Shown here in pieces: positions 46,055 through 55,563 of a stretch of 64,000 nt of DNA. The stretch is from Cyanophyceae cyanobacterium (GTDB taxonomy: Bacteria; Cyanobacteriota; Cyanobacteriia; Cyanobacteriales; JBHJGN01). Both the position numbers and the translations under genes were made by a program. Positions within the stretch are counted from its first letter, which is position 1. Each line of letters begins with the position of its first letter. The notes under the pieces are model-generated. The model saw nothing but the letters and a program-made list of their open reading frames with translations. It ran no database searches and had not been told where the DNA came from. The stretch covers positions 32,001-96,000 of the forward strand of contig JBHJGN010000020.1 in assembly GCA_050331735.1 (NCBI GenBank), in the 5' to 3' direction.

Positions 46055-46438
46055 TTGACAATGACTGAATCTAACCAGAGTGAGAACCCAACCTTAGAGC
46101 CTAAAGAAGCCACTCGAACTCCTCCCTGGGGTAGAGCGACGGTTTTAGAAGAAGGCCCCCGCTATCGCATCAATCGGATTGAGGTCAAGCCGGGACATCA
46201 CATTAGTACTCAGATGCACTATCACCGCAGTGAGCACTGGATTGTTGTCTCTGGCACGGCGAAGGTCATCTTTGATGGCCAAGAAACCCTGCTCATGCAA
46301 AAACAATCAACCTACGTACCAATGAATACTCCCCATCGCGTCGAAAATCCAGGAGTGATTCCCCTAGTGATGATTGAGGTGCAAAACGGTGAGTTTCTCG
46401 GTGACGAAGACATTATTCGCTTTCCCGAAGAGCAATAG
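46055..46438 (+). CDS. Second stand-alone phosphomannose isomerase-type cupin
   Basis: PPWG, STQMHYHRSEHW, HRVENPG, EVQNGEFLGDEDIIRF. Confidence 0.88.
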   Translation: MTMTESNQSENPTLEPKEATRTPPWGRATVLEEGPRYRINRIEVKPGHHISTQMHYHRSEHWIVVSGTAKVIFDGQETLLMQKQSTYVPMNTPHRVENPGVIPLVMIEVQNGEFLGDEDIIRFPEEQ

Positions 46439-46553
46439 AGCTGCCGACTCAGGAAAAGGGAGAAATGGCTCGGTTTCCTTGACGCTTGACTAAGCCAACG
46501 ACTGTTCCCTCGATAACAATCGCTCCCTTTTCCCAATCTTCGTCGGTGGGCGA

Positions 46554-47843
46554 TTAAAGTCCTAGCCCTCCCTGTTCGATAGCATTGGAGTCCCCTTGCA
46601 AAACTCTTTGACCCAATCCGCGAATTTGCGGTTTTAAATTGTCGGGGGCAACTCTTTCGGCTTGGCTAAATAGAGAGCGAGCCATTTCTGAGTCTCCTCT
46701 GAGGTAGCGCAACACAGCTTTATTGACCAAAGCATTGAGGTTGTTCTGCTGCTCGGCAAGCACCTCATCGTACAAAGCTTCCGCTTCATCTAGCTGACCT
46801 GCCGTTTTGTAAGATTGCGCTAACTGGAGACGAAACTCATTCTCAAACTCTGAGCGAGAATCAGCTTCGGATAGAAGTTGAGTACTGCCTTGTTCTTTGG
46901 TCAACAAGATATCTGTGCCGAACAGCACGAATAAGGCGATCGCCCCTACAGCAACTAAGGCCCCAGTCAGATAGAATCGCCGCCTCTGAGTAACGGACTC
47001 ACTGGATACCGAACGTAGACTCTGAGCTAAACCCGGAGCAACATCCGGTTGATTAGCTTTCTGAGGTCGTAACTGAGTGACTCTCGATAAAATACGACGA
47101 TCGATGCCAAAATGATAGATTTTATTGAGCTCCTGAACGAGCCACAGCAGTGGTTCGGCGGCCCCAGTCGCGTTAAGATAGTGTTTGCCAGTTTTGTGAG
47201 CAATGGGAATAGCGGAGTGGAACTTTTGATAGTTGGCATTAACATCATCTAGACGTTGAAGCAGTGGCTGCAACCCAACCTCAAGCTGCTGCTGGGTCAA
47301 AGGATCAAACTCGAGGAGATCGCACTTCGTCAGAATAATCGCAAAAGCATACTTCAAGCCATTAAGATTAACCAAATCGGCGATCGCAACAACAGCACGA
47401 AAAATCTCTGTCAGCGACTGTTGATATTCAGGCTGGTGGACCAAAGCATGAGCATCAATAAAGACACAGCAGCCATTCGAGGTGGACACGATTCTGGTAA
47501 AGTCGGCATTGTGGACGCTGCAAATTTCACCCGGAATATCCCACCAGCGAAAATGACACAGGGTTTGAATTCCTTGACTGTTGCGCTGTTTGAGTCTGAA
47601 GTTAAAATCCGTTACTTTAATCGTGACCGGCGGATACTGACCAGAGCGAGCAATATAGCGAAAGAGAGCCTCTAAATTGTCCTGAGCCTCATTGTCAAGG
47701 CAATCAAACCAGAGCGATCGCTCGGTCTGGTTTGCATAGAGCTCTGCATAACTTCCGGCTAAAAAAACAGTTTTTCCGACCCCTCTGTGTCCAATACTGA
47801 GTAGACTAAACGTTTTAATAGCGGTCCCCGATGTTAAGTTCAT
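46554..47843 (-). CDS. TRAFAC-type P-loop GTPase with TM helix and C-terminal TPR
   Basis: G1 GHRGVGKT, G2 PPVT, G3 DIPG, G4 TKCD, G5-like HSA; TM YLTGALVAVGAIALFVLFG; TPR LAQSYKTAGQLDEAEALYDEVL...NALVNKAVL. Confidence 0.85.
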   Translation of the reverse strand: MNLTSGTAIKTFSLLSIGHRGVGKTVFLAGSYAELYANQTERSLWFDCLDNEAQDNLEALFRYIARSGQYPPVTIKVTDFNFRLKQRNSQGIQTLCHFRWWDIPGEICSVHNADFTRIVSTSNGCCVFIDAHALVHQPEYQQSLTEIFRAVVAIADLVNLNGLKYAFAIILTKCDLLEFDPLTQQQLEVGLQPLLQRLDDVNANYQKFHSAIPIAHKTGKHYLNATGAAEPLLWLVQELNKIYHFGIDRRILSRVTQLRPQKANQPDVAPGLAQSLRSVSSESVTQRRRFYLTGALVAVGAIALFVLFGTDILLTKEQGSTQLLSEADSRSEFENEFRLQLAQSYKTAGQLDEAEALYDEVLAEQQNNLNALVNKAVLRYLRGDSEMARSLFSQAERVAPDNLKPQIRGLGQRVLQGDSNAIEQGGLGL

Positions 47844-47875
47844 ATGTCCTGACGTACGAAAAAAAGCAGAGCCAT

Positions 47876-48814
47876 CTAAAGAGAGATAACAATACTATTT
47901 TGCCCAACTTCAGTAGCGCTTAGCACTTTTGTCGAGAGATAACCGCTCTGAGTCAAGGAGGGCAAACAGGTTGCTATTAACGAAGATAATTTCCAGGAAA
48001 AGGGCTGCCTCTCTGGTTTTTGCGGAGCGAGAACGCTGACCTGGAAAAAACTGTACACCAAACCAACTAGTGCTAGGGTCGTTGTGGCGATGCCAACCCC
48101 AAGCAGTATTTGTATCTGATAACCTGTTTTCATCTTTGCCGGTAGCAAAGAAGAGGGCCCCGTCGCTGATGCCGCTGCTGATGACGCACGAGATGGTCCT
48201 GGTTGTTTCAACTTCGACTTAGCGCCATTGTGTACTGGATTGACTCCCGTCGCTGAGGTAAAAACAGACCCCTTGTGCCCGTTAGCAACAATTTTTTGCT
48301 GGGTTTCTCGATCGGGAATATACAAATCTAATAATTGCTTGTTGCGGAGAGCAGTGTAGCTATAGTGACGCACTTTTGTCGGAACAGCCACTCCAGGACG
48401 AAACGACTGATAGCTGAAATCGGTAATTTCTAGATCTTGAAGAGTCGCGGCTGGGTTCAGGGGGCTAACGCCACATGCCGGTCCCTTCTGCAAACACAGT
48501 AGAAGAATCTCTAGCTGACTGTTTGATACTAGCTTTTCTAGATAATAGCTGATGAAGTATGGAAGATGAGAACGACCGAGATCGTCGCATTTGTCGTTAT
48601 AGAGCCAGCCAAAAAGAGTTCGATCTGGGGCTAGCTGTAGCAAATAAGCCGCTCGGTAGCCTGGAATCGGCGGGTTGTACGAATTCCAATATCTAAAAGC
48701 GATTCTTTGCAGGAAAACCTGCTCGATCTCTTCAGATGTTGCATCGCTTCTTAGAACCTTGAGACCTACATCCGCAAAGCTGGTGTAGATAAGCTGCCCT
48801 AGACGCAGATCCAT
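47876..48814 (-). CDS. Membrane-anchored protein with GAP1-N-like N-terminal domain (GTPase partner)
   Basis: GQLIYTSF..G, FGWLYND..DDLGRSH.PYF motifs; TM ILLGVGIATTTLALVGLVYSFF; 32 bp upstream of the GTPase on the same strand. Confidence 0.6.
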   Translation of the reverse strand: MDLRLGQLIYTSFADVGLKVLRSDATSEEIEQVFLQRIAFRYWNSYNPPIPGYRAAYLLQLAPDRTLFGWLYNDKCDDLGRSHLPYFISYYLEKLVSNSQLEILLLCLQKGPACGVSPLNPAATLQDLEITDFSYQSFRPGVAVPTKVRHYSYTALRNKQLLDLYIPDRETQQKIVANGHKGSVFTSATGVNPVHNGAKSKLKQPGPSRASSAAASATGPSSLLPAKMKTGYQIQILLGVGIATTTLALVGLVYSFFQVSVLAPQKPERQPFSWKLSSLIATCLPSLTQSGYLSTKVLSATEVGQNSIVISL

Positions 48815-49126
48815 AGCTTAACGACCAATAAGCAGATGACACAGCGATTAAATTGCTAACGTGCAATGCTAGATTAGATATAGTCTAATTTTAAAAGTAC
48901 AGTCTTTGGGAGTTTTTTTCAAGCATTTTTGTCTGATACCGTACTCAGCTTCCAGCTCTAACTTGACGTTGAGCTAGCGTAGAAGTGACGCTGCCCTCGA
49001 GCGATGCATCTGATGCTGATTATTTTCCGAGAAGCCCAAGGCGACGAGCATTCCTTAGTCCAGAACATACAGCAAACGATGCCGTTAGCTCTGAAAACCG
49101 TTTCTGCCGTCAATAACTAGTTTGAT

Positions 49127-49534
49127 TTAACGCCAGTGGTTGCGTCCTTTCCAGAATATACCGACAATTACCCCGACGGCTGTCGTCGAAGACAACCCGA
49201 TGAGCAAAGCCGGAAAGGGCAGTAAAGATTTCAACAATAAGCCAATCATCAAGCACAAAACTAAAGCCCACAAACTGCCAACGTTCAAACGAACAGATTG
49301 CGATCGCTCGCAGACGTAGACGCTTAAAGCGCCAACGCCAACAGCCGCAGCAAGCGGTAAAATTAACCCCAACGGGGGCGTAAATACTAGCGTTAAAGAA
49401 CGACGCAGGGACTCGATGCTCATTCCCCAAGCCAGAATGCTGTCGAGGACAATCGACACAGCCGTTGTTAACGCTGCCGCCTTGAGTAAAGGTGGCCAGG
49501 GTTGAGATTTAAAACGCTGCCAGGGATCGTTCAT
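49127..49534 (-). CDS. Conserved cyanobacterial 4-TM membrane protein
   Basis: MNDPWQRFKSQPW..L, four hydrophobic segments, FWKGRNHW. Confidence 0.72.
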   Translation of the reverse strand: MNDPWQRFKSQPWPPLLKAAALTTAVSIVLDSILAWGMSIESLRRSLTLVFTPPLGLILPLAAAVGVGALSVYVCERSQSVRLNVGSLWALVLCLMIGLLLKSLLPFPALLIGLSSTTAVGVIVGIFWKGRNHWR

Positions 49535-49555
49535 CAGCTCAAGTTAGGAAAAAAT

Positions 49556-50983
49556 TTATTCGAGAGTTTTGATCAGCTGACGACTCTGCCCCGGCATAAG
49601 CTGAGAAGATTGGCTGGGATAGACGAGTTGACCAGCGACCAGGCGGTGAGTGCCGCTGGCGACGATGCGATCCTCTGGCTGGAGCGTACCGCGCACAATC
49701 ACCCGATTGCTCTCCTGATGCAAAATTTCTACGGCTTGCTGCTCTAGACGGTAAACGCTGTCGCTACCGGGTTCTTCCACCAGCACGTAGCAAGACCACA
49801 AACCCTGCGCTCCGCGAACGAGGGCTTCTGTGGGTAGCCAATAGCCCTCGACGGGCTGCTCCTCTACCAGCGTCCATTGGGCTAGCTGACCCGGGGCCAA
49901 ACTGACTGACGGCAGGGATAAAACCACCGTTTGCGTTCGCGTTGATGGGTCCACCTCCGGCAGAATGGCCGTCACCTGAGCAGGATAGGTTTTCTCAGCG
50001 ATGATTACTTTTTGCTGGCTGCCTACTTCAATTTGCTCTGCCGCTGAAGCAGGAATGCCAATTCGGGCTTCCGGTTGTTCCGCCTCAACTAAGCGAACGA
50101 TTGATTCTCCTGACGAAACCACGGTTCCCTCGTCTACCTGCCGTGCGGCAATTTTCCCGGCAAAAGGGGCATTGAGGGTATTTTTGGCAATATCAATATC
50201 AATCCTGGCCAGGCGGGCTTCAAGCTGGCCGACAACGGCCTGCTGCGCTTCAATTTGTTCCGAACGAGTGCCTGCCAGCAGCTCATCTAGCTCGCTTTGA
50301 GCCGCTAGGAGGCGTTCTTTGAGAACATTAACGTTGAAACTGGCTTCATCGAGCTGCTCAGTGGAAATGGCTCCCTGAGCTTGCAAAAACTCCCGTCTGG
50401 TTTGCTTGAGCTGCTCTAATTTGAGCTGTTCCTCCAAATCTCCGACCAGAGCACGAGCACTAGCAATCTTTTCTGGTCGCGGGCCTGCCCGGAGTTCCTC
50501 TAGCACCGCGAGCGCTTGAGCCTTCTGAGCCAGTAGCTGCTGACGTTGGGTTTCCTGGCTGCTAGCATCTAGCTTAGCAATGACGGCTCCAGCCGCCACC
50601 GTGTCTCCTTCTTCTACGTACAGCCGGATAACTGTGCCAGCATTTTCAAATCCTAGTTGGCTAGAGCGGGGGGCTGAGACCTTCCCCGTGTAGGTGCGCC
50701 CAACTTGGTAGGAATCAACTGGCTCTGCGCTGAGGGTTTGCACCGGAAGAGCGTTAATCTGTTCGTCTGCTGTCGCCTCGACAACAGAAGCCTGCTGCTT
50801 AACGCCAACAGCACTGAGGCTCACTAACAAGAGGACTGCCCCCACTAAGCTCAGCCCCGCTAATTTCAGATGCCCTCTAATTTGATAGCCAGAGGCGATA
50901 CTGAGTGGACCCCCTTCAAGACGAGCCTGAAAGGAGTCCGACGAATCGTGCAAAACTAAGCGTTCTTCCGCTCTAGGGTTCAT
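49556..50983 (-). CDS. RND efflux periplasmic adaptor (membrane fusion protein)
   Basis: TM, lipoyl half GTVIRLYVEEGDTV, coiled coil, APFAGKI, PEVDPSTRT. Confidence 0.9.
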   Translation of the reverse strand: MNPRAEERLVLHDSSDSFQARLEGGPLSIASGYQIRGHLKLAGLSLVGAVLLLVSLSAVGVKQQASVVEATADEQINALPVQTLSAEPVDSYQVGRTYTGKVSAPRSSQLGFENAGTVIRLYVEEGDTVAAGAVIAKLDASSQETQRQQLLAQKAQALAVLEELRAGPRPEKIASARALVGDLEEQLKLEQLKQTRREFLQAQGAISTEQLDEASFNVNVLKERLLAAQSELDELLAGTRSEQIEAQQAVVGQLEARLARIDIDIAKNTLNAPFAGKIAARQVDEGTVVSSGESIVRLVEAEQPEARIGIPASAAEQIEVGSQQKVIIAEKTYPAQVTAILPEVDPSTRTQTVVLSLPSVSLAPGQLAQWTLVEEQPVEGYWLPTEALVRGAQGLWSCYVLVEEPGSDSVYRLEQQAVEILHQESNRVIVRGTLQPEDRIVASGTHRLVAGQLVYPSQSSQLMPGQSRQLIKTLE

Positions 50984-51128
50984 TCCCTAGCTCCTTGTGC
51001 GTACTAATTCCTTGCCATTTTACAATACTCTATTCGTTTAGCCTGACAGAAACTTGGAGAAAGTGACGCTTAATGTTACATTTTGGGGAATCGAACGGGA
51101 ACTTTTGGTAGCGGGAGCTGTTTTCTCT

Positions 51129-51662
51129 TCAGAACTGGCTGTAAAAAACTACGGACGTCTTGCCATACTCTTTGACCCGACAAACGTCTAGGCGAGCAAT
51201 AGAGGCTGGCTGCCACAGTTTTGGGCTGTACTCAACGGCGATTTCACCCTGAGCAGCGAGGAGATGGTGGTGAGCGATCGCCTCTAAAACTGGCTGGTAG
51301 AGACCGCTGGCATAGGGAGGATCAAAGTAGATGCGGTCGAACTGTCTGCGCAGAGCCCTTAACCGCCTTAAGACATCTCCTCGCAGCACGTGGAACTCCT
51401 GCCCGCTCTGAGCTAGGGGTTGCCAATTCTGGCGAATCAGGGCGCAGGCTCGTCCAGACTGTTCGATCCCAACAACAAGCCCAGCTCCTCGACACAGCGC
51501 TTCTGCCCCCATAGAACCACTGCCCGCACACAAATCTAGCCAGCAACAGCCGACCACGTTTCCTCGCCAAATATTAAATACCGCTTCCCGGACTCGGGAA
51601 GCGGTGGGACGGGTTGCCTGTCCGGGTAAGGTTTTAAGCTGGCGGTTGCCGTAGATTCTCAT
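51129..51662 (-). CDS. rsmD: 16S rRNA m2G966 methyltransferase
   Basis: MRIYG, TRPT..RVREAVFN, LDLCAGSG, FDPPY; start at ATG 51662. Confidence 0.93.
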   Translation of the reverse strand: MRIYGNRQLKTLPGQATRPTASRVREAVFNIWRGNVVGCCWLDLCAGSGSMGAEALCRGAGLVVGIEQSGRACALIRQNWQPLAQSGQEFHVLRGDVLRRLRALRRQFDRIYFDPPYASGLYQPVLEAIAHHHLLAAQGEIAVEYSPKLWQPASIARLDVCRVKEYGKTSVVFYSQF

Positions 51663-51777
51663 GAATGACGGGTTGATGGTTGAGCAAACTATAACCACCG
51701 CGCTTGTGTAGCGGTGCTTTGGACGGCTGTTGATGGCAGCGTCTACGGCCTTTCCCGGGCCAGGGAGTTGCTAGAAG

Positions 51778-52413
51778 CTAGGCGGGGACTCGGCTTCTGA
51801 CCTGGCTGACAAAATTAGACAGAATCTGTAGCCCATTCCGGGAAGATTTTTCTGGATGGAACTGAACAGCCACTAAGTTATCGCGGGCGATCGCCGCCGT
51901 CACCTGCTGAGTGCCGTGGGTAATGGTGGCTGCCTGGACATCAGGATGAATCGGCTCGACGTAGTACGAATGCACAAAATAGACATAGGGAGCGGGAGAG
52001 AGCTGCTGCCACAGAGGGAGATGGGGCTGAGTGAGCTCTAGCTGATTCCAGCCCATGTGGGGAATGGTAAGACCTGGTTCTGAGCGAAAATGACGAACCA
52101 TTCCCGGAATAATTCCCAATCCTGGTTCTGTCCCTTCTTCTGAGGCATCAAACAGAATCTGTAAGCCCAGGCAGATCCCGAGAAAAGGTTTACCGCTGGT
52201 GATCGCCTGTTTAATCGGAGCTTCTAGCTGGCGAGAGCGAATATGCTGTACGGCTGGGTCAAACGAGCCCACTCCGGGCAGGACCACCGCATCGGCGTGA
52301 GCAATGTCGTGGGGGGAATCGGTAATTTTGGGGGTAGCTCCCGCTTGCTCGAGTCCTTTGCAGGCAGAGTGAAGATTGCCCATATCATAGTCAATAACAG
52401 CAATAGCAGCCAT
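51778..52413 (-). CDS. hisH: Imidazole glycerol phosphate synthase glutaminase subunit
   Basis: DYDMGNL, LPGVG, GICLG, PHMGWN, YFVHSY, QFHPEKS. Confidence 0.96.
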   Translation of the reverse strand: MAAIAVIDYDMGNLHSACKGLEQAGATPKITDSPHDIAHADAVVLPGVGSFDPAVQHIRSRQLEAPIKQAITSGKPFLGICLGLQILFDASEEGTEPGLGIIPGMVRHFRSEPGLTIPHMGWNQLELTQPHLPLWQQLSPAPYVYFVHSYYVEPIHPDVQAATITHGTQQVTAAIARDNLVAVQFHPEKSSRNGLQILSNFVSQVRSRVPA

Positions 52414-52448
52414 CGCATCCTTCCTGTGACGTTCCTTCTCTATCTTAA

Positions 52449-53096
52449 ATGTCTCCGAAAATTCTGCTCACCTCTTTTCAAACCTGGCTACCCCACCAGC
52501 CGTCTAACGCCTCTGACGATTTGCTCGTAATGGTTCAAGAACGCCTCCCTCAAACTACGTTCGTGCGACAGCTTCCAGTGGATACCGCTAGAGCCAGCGA
52601 ACGAGTGCTGGCCGCGATTGCAGACGTACAGCCCGAGATGGTGATTTGCTGCGGCATGGCGGAGTCTCGCTATCAGCTAACGGTCGAATCTCAGGCGACC
52701 TGGACCAGCGATCGCCTGTATACCTCTGTCGATCTAGAAGCGTTGGTTGATCGCTTGGTCAATACAGCCATCAGTCACGATGCCGGAAAGTTTGTTTGTG
52801 AAGGACTGTACTATCAGGTGTTGAAGCATCTCCCCTCCCACAGCCAGTGCGTGTTTGTTCACGTTCCGCTCTTGACGGCAACTAACGTCCCAACAATTCT
52901 GACTGACTTCATCACGATCACAAAAGTCCCTCCGGGACGGGAAAGGGGGAAAGGGGAAAAAGTCCCTCCGGGACGGGAAAGGGGGAAAGGGGAAAAAGTC
53001 CCTCCGGGACGGGAAAGGGGGAAAGGGGAAGGGGAAAGGGGCAATCAGCTATTAACCATGAACAAAAAGAGGATGTTGCTATCATTTCTCATTTAA
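52449..53096 (+). CDS. Pyroglutamyl-peptidase I (peptidase C15) family protein, C-terminus extended by a repeat
   Basis: ILLTSF, VE, SHDAGKFVCE (catalytic Cys), FVHVP. Confidence 0.85.
   Translation: MSPKILLTSFQTWLPHQPSNASDDLLVMVQERLPQTTFVRQLPVDTARASERVLAAIADVQPEMVICCGMAESRYQLTVESQATWTSDRLYTSVDLEALVDRLVNTAISHDAGKFVCEGLYYQVLKHLPSHSQCVFVHVPLLTATNVPTILTDFITITKVPPGRERGKGEKVPPGRERGKGEKVPPGRERGKGEGERGNQLLTMNKKRMLLSFLI
52923..53030 (+). repeat. 3 x 36-bp perfect tandem repeat
   Basis: AAAGTCCCTCCGGGACGGGAAAGGGGGAAAGGGGAA x3, encoding KVPPGRERGKGE. Confidence 0.95.
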
Positions 53097-55563
53097 GCAA
53101 AAACGATAGATTGTGCCAGGCTCTGAGTAAGTTGCCCTGCATTAGGGCGGCGATACCGCTGAGAGTTTTGATTTCAGGAGCATCACTGAGAGCGAGGGCG
53201 GGTTGCAGGACTGCTTGTGCTGTATGGGGTTGCCAGTTGTATAGATAAACAAAAGCCAGATAGGCATAAGCATAGGGATTCTGGTCGTCGTGCTGAACGA
53301 GCTGTTGCAGCATGGCAATGGCTCCAGCAACATCCTGCTGCAAGACTCTTGAGAGGGCGATCGCATACATCCAGTCGAGTCGCGGCTGCTGTTGCAGGCG
53401 ATGAGTTAGGGTTTGATTGGCTTGGACGAGGTAATCCTGAATCGGGTCGTACTGGTTGATGCGAGCCGTTTGCACAAAAATTGGCTCTAGTCCTGTTATT
53501 CCCGTCGCCATTTGAGGAGCGATGGATCGTAGCTGCGTCACTAAATCTAGCTCTGGGGCAGTCGGTGGAGACGCAGCCGGGTCAATGGTTAAACTCACGG
53601 GAGGAACGGCAATCGGGGTTGTGTCTCCGTCTCGGCTTAAGTAAGTCGCCTTCAGTACATACTTTCCCGCCTGTACCTCCTCGTCAGCAAGCATCGCTGT
53701 GCGTTCAATAACTTCAATAGATGTTGCTTCATCAGCAGAGTAAAGGGCTCCCAGGCCAACGCGGTGATCGTGCAGCCAAAAGGATTGCAGAGGCGTATCT
53801 GTTGATACCAACTCCCAGGTGAGTAGAACGAACCCGGACTGCAATTGCTGCCAGGGACCAGACCAGCGATAGGTAACGGGAATCGGAACGCCGGGGGGCA
53901 CTATTTTGGGAACGCTCACCTGCTCTAGCTGCAACTGAGTGGCCGTTGATGGCTTTACTTCAATAGTGGCTTGACGGCGACGGTATAGCTTTAACGTACT
54001 CCGGTCGGGAAGAGGCCAACTGTTCTGCAACTGAAAGTCAGCTCCCTCGGCTAACGCCACCATTACTGCCTGGGCTGCGGGAACAGATCCCTGCTCGCCT
54101 GTTTTAGTTAAGAACCAGTCTAAGGAGCGAGCATCCTGCTCTACTTCTGGCTCGCGTACTCCCACCTGACGACCAACTACCTGAAAATTGTATTTTCCTC
54201 CGTAAAATGAGAAGTTATGCTGGTTGATCTGGGGCGTTGAGGGGAGAACGCCGAGGGTTGAGCGCAGAAAGGGAGACGTATTAATAATTTCGGTGACGAC
54301 CTTCTGGTGGGGCAAGGGCTGACCGAGGTAAGCGGTGTGCTGTACTCTCGGGCTGAGCAGCTTCGTTAACGCTTGTCCTCCAAGGGGAAATAAATTAAGC
54401 ACCATCAGCACCGTTGCTAACCCAATCGTCCCCACCTGTAGGAAGCGCCAGCGTCTCCAGCAAATCATGCCCACGGCTAAAACTAAGGAGAGTGTTGGGA
54501 GCAAAGGCAATAGGTAGCGAGCATCTTTATTGACGTTTAACGACGATAGCAGATAGCCGCCGAGCAGAAATACCGCTAGCCAAGTCCAGCAGGAGAGCGC
54601 CTTTCTGCATTGAATGTTGATACCCTGATGGCGGATGAGGCGAATCAGTAACCCGACAATCGGAACGAGCAGCAGTACCCAGGAAAGCAGATAGGGTAAT
54701 ACTTCTCCGTAATAGGTCCAGGCTCTTAGGGTCGTCAGAGGCGGATCTCCTTCGGCGATCGCACTATCTAGAGTGGCTCGTTTTCCAGAGGTGAGAATCA
54801 GCAGCCAATTGGTGCGATACCAGGGAAAAAATACGCAAATCGACAAGCTTATCCCGGCGATCAGTTGAGCCAAACGATGCCAGTTTTTCGCTGTGATTGT
54901 TTCTCCGAGCACCCATATCGTCGGGATGAGTAGGAAAAAGAGGGCCGTCTGCTTTACCATCAAGGCTACCCCCAAGGAAAGCCCCCAAACAATAGCCAAA
55001 AACCAACTAAGAAGGGAGGAAGATCCAAGGACAGCATGTCGATTAATCCGGTGTCCAGTTGCTTTCCAAAGCGTCAGCAGGCAAAAACTGAAGGTGACCA
55101 CTGCCGTTAGGGGATAGTCGAGGAGAAACTCTAGACGATAGCGATAGAGCCCTGGCAATACCTGACAAATGACCGCTGCCCAGACCCCAACTGCTACGTT
55201 GAATAAAACCGCGCCTAAACTATAGACAGAACCTAAGAGCAAAGCACTATAAAACAGCATCACCAGCATGGCGGCATCGGCACTGGGACCAAACAGGTTC
55301 AGAAAAGGAACCGTCGAAATATAGGTAAGCGGCGGAATTTTGGGAGAAAGTAGCCACAGGTTGCGCCACCACTGGCTGTCTAACCAGTGAGGCTCTTGTA
55401 TAGCCTGCCAGTAGTTCAAGGCTCCGTTGAGATAGTCAGCCTGATCCCAGGCGGGAACCGAGCGATCTAAACTGAGCCAAAGGCGATCGCTCAATGCCCC
55501 AACTAACCAAATTACGCCGACGATTTTGAAACCTTGAATAAGAGTTAGTTGCCGCTGATTCAC
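53089..55563 (-). CDS. GT-C (family 39/ArnT-like) membrane glycosyltransferase with C-terminal TPR
   Basis: PAWDQADYL, PPL, many TMs, NKDARYLLP, C-terminal TPR-like helices. Confidence 0.85.
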   Translation of the reverse strand: MNQRQLTLIQGFKIVGVIWLVGALSDRLWLSLDRSVPAWDQADYLNGALNYWQAIQEPHWLDSQWWRNLWLLSPKIPPLTYISTVPFLNLFGPSADAAMLVMLFYSALLLGSVYSLGAVLFNVAVGVWAAVICQVLPGLYRYRLEFLLDYPLTAVVTFSFCLLTLWKATGHRINRHAVLGSSSLLSWFLAIVWGLSLGVALMVKQTALFFLLIPTIWVLGETITAKNWHRLAQLIAGISLSICVFFPWYRTNWLLILTSGKRATLDSAIAEGDPPLTTLRAWTYYGEVLPYLLSWVLLLVPIVGLLIRLIRHQGINIQCRKALSCWTWLAVFLLGGYLLSSLNVNKDARYLLPLLPTLSLVLAVGMICWRRWRFLQVGTIGLATVLMVLNLFPLGGQALTKLLSPRVQHTAYLGQPLPHQKVVTEIINTSPFLRSTLGVLPSTPQINQHNFSFYGGKYNFQVVGRQVGVREPEVEQDARSLDWFLTKTGEQGSVPAAQAVMVALAEGADFQLQNSWPLPDRSTLKLYRRRQATIEVKPSTATQLQLEQVSVPKIVPPGVPIPVTYRWSGPWQQLQSGFVLLTWELVSTDTPLQSFWLHDHRVGLGALYSADEATSIEVIERTAMLADEEVQAGKYVLKATYLSRDGDTTPIAVPPVSLTIDPAASPPTAPELDLVTQLRSIAPQMATGITGLEPIFVQTARINQYDPIQDYLVQANQTLTHRLQQQPRLDWMYAIALSRVLQQDVAGAIAMLQQLVQHDDQNPYAYAYLAFVYLYNWQPHTAQAVLQPALALSDAPEIKTLSGIAALMQGNLLRAWHNLSFLLK

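Noticed and set aside
45370..48814. Integrative element inserted at tRNA-His
   Set aside because: No integrase and no duplicated tRNA 3' end found; the GTPase pair lies on the 5' side of the tRNA
50990..51128. petG downstream of rsmD, as I recall in some cyanobacteria
   Set aside because: No matching small ORF found on the minus strand
52923..53030. CRISPR array (36-bp repeat with hairpin)
   Set aside because: Units are directly adjacent with no unique spacers, and no cas genes are in the window
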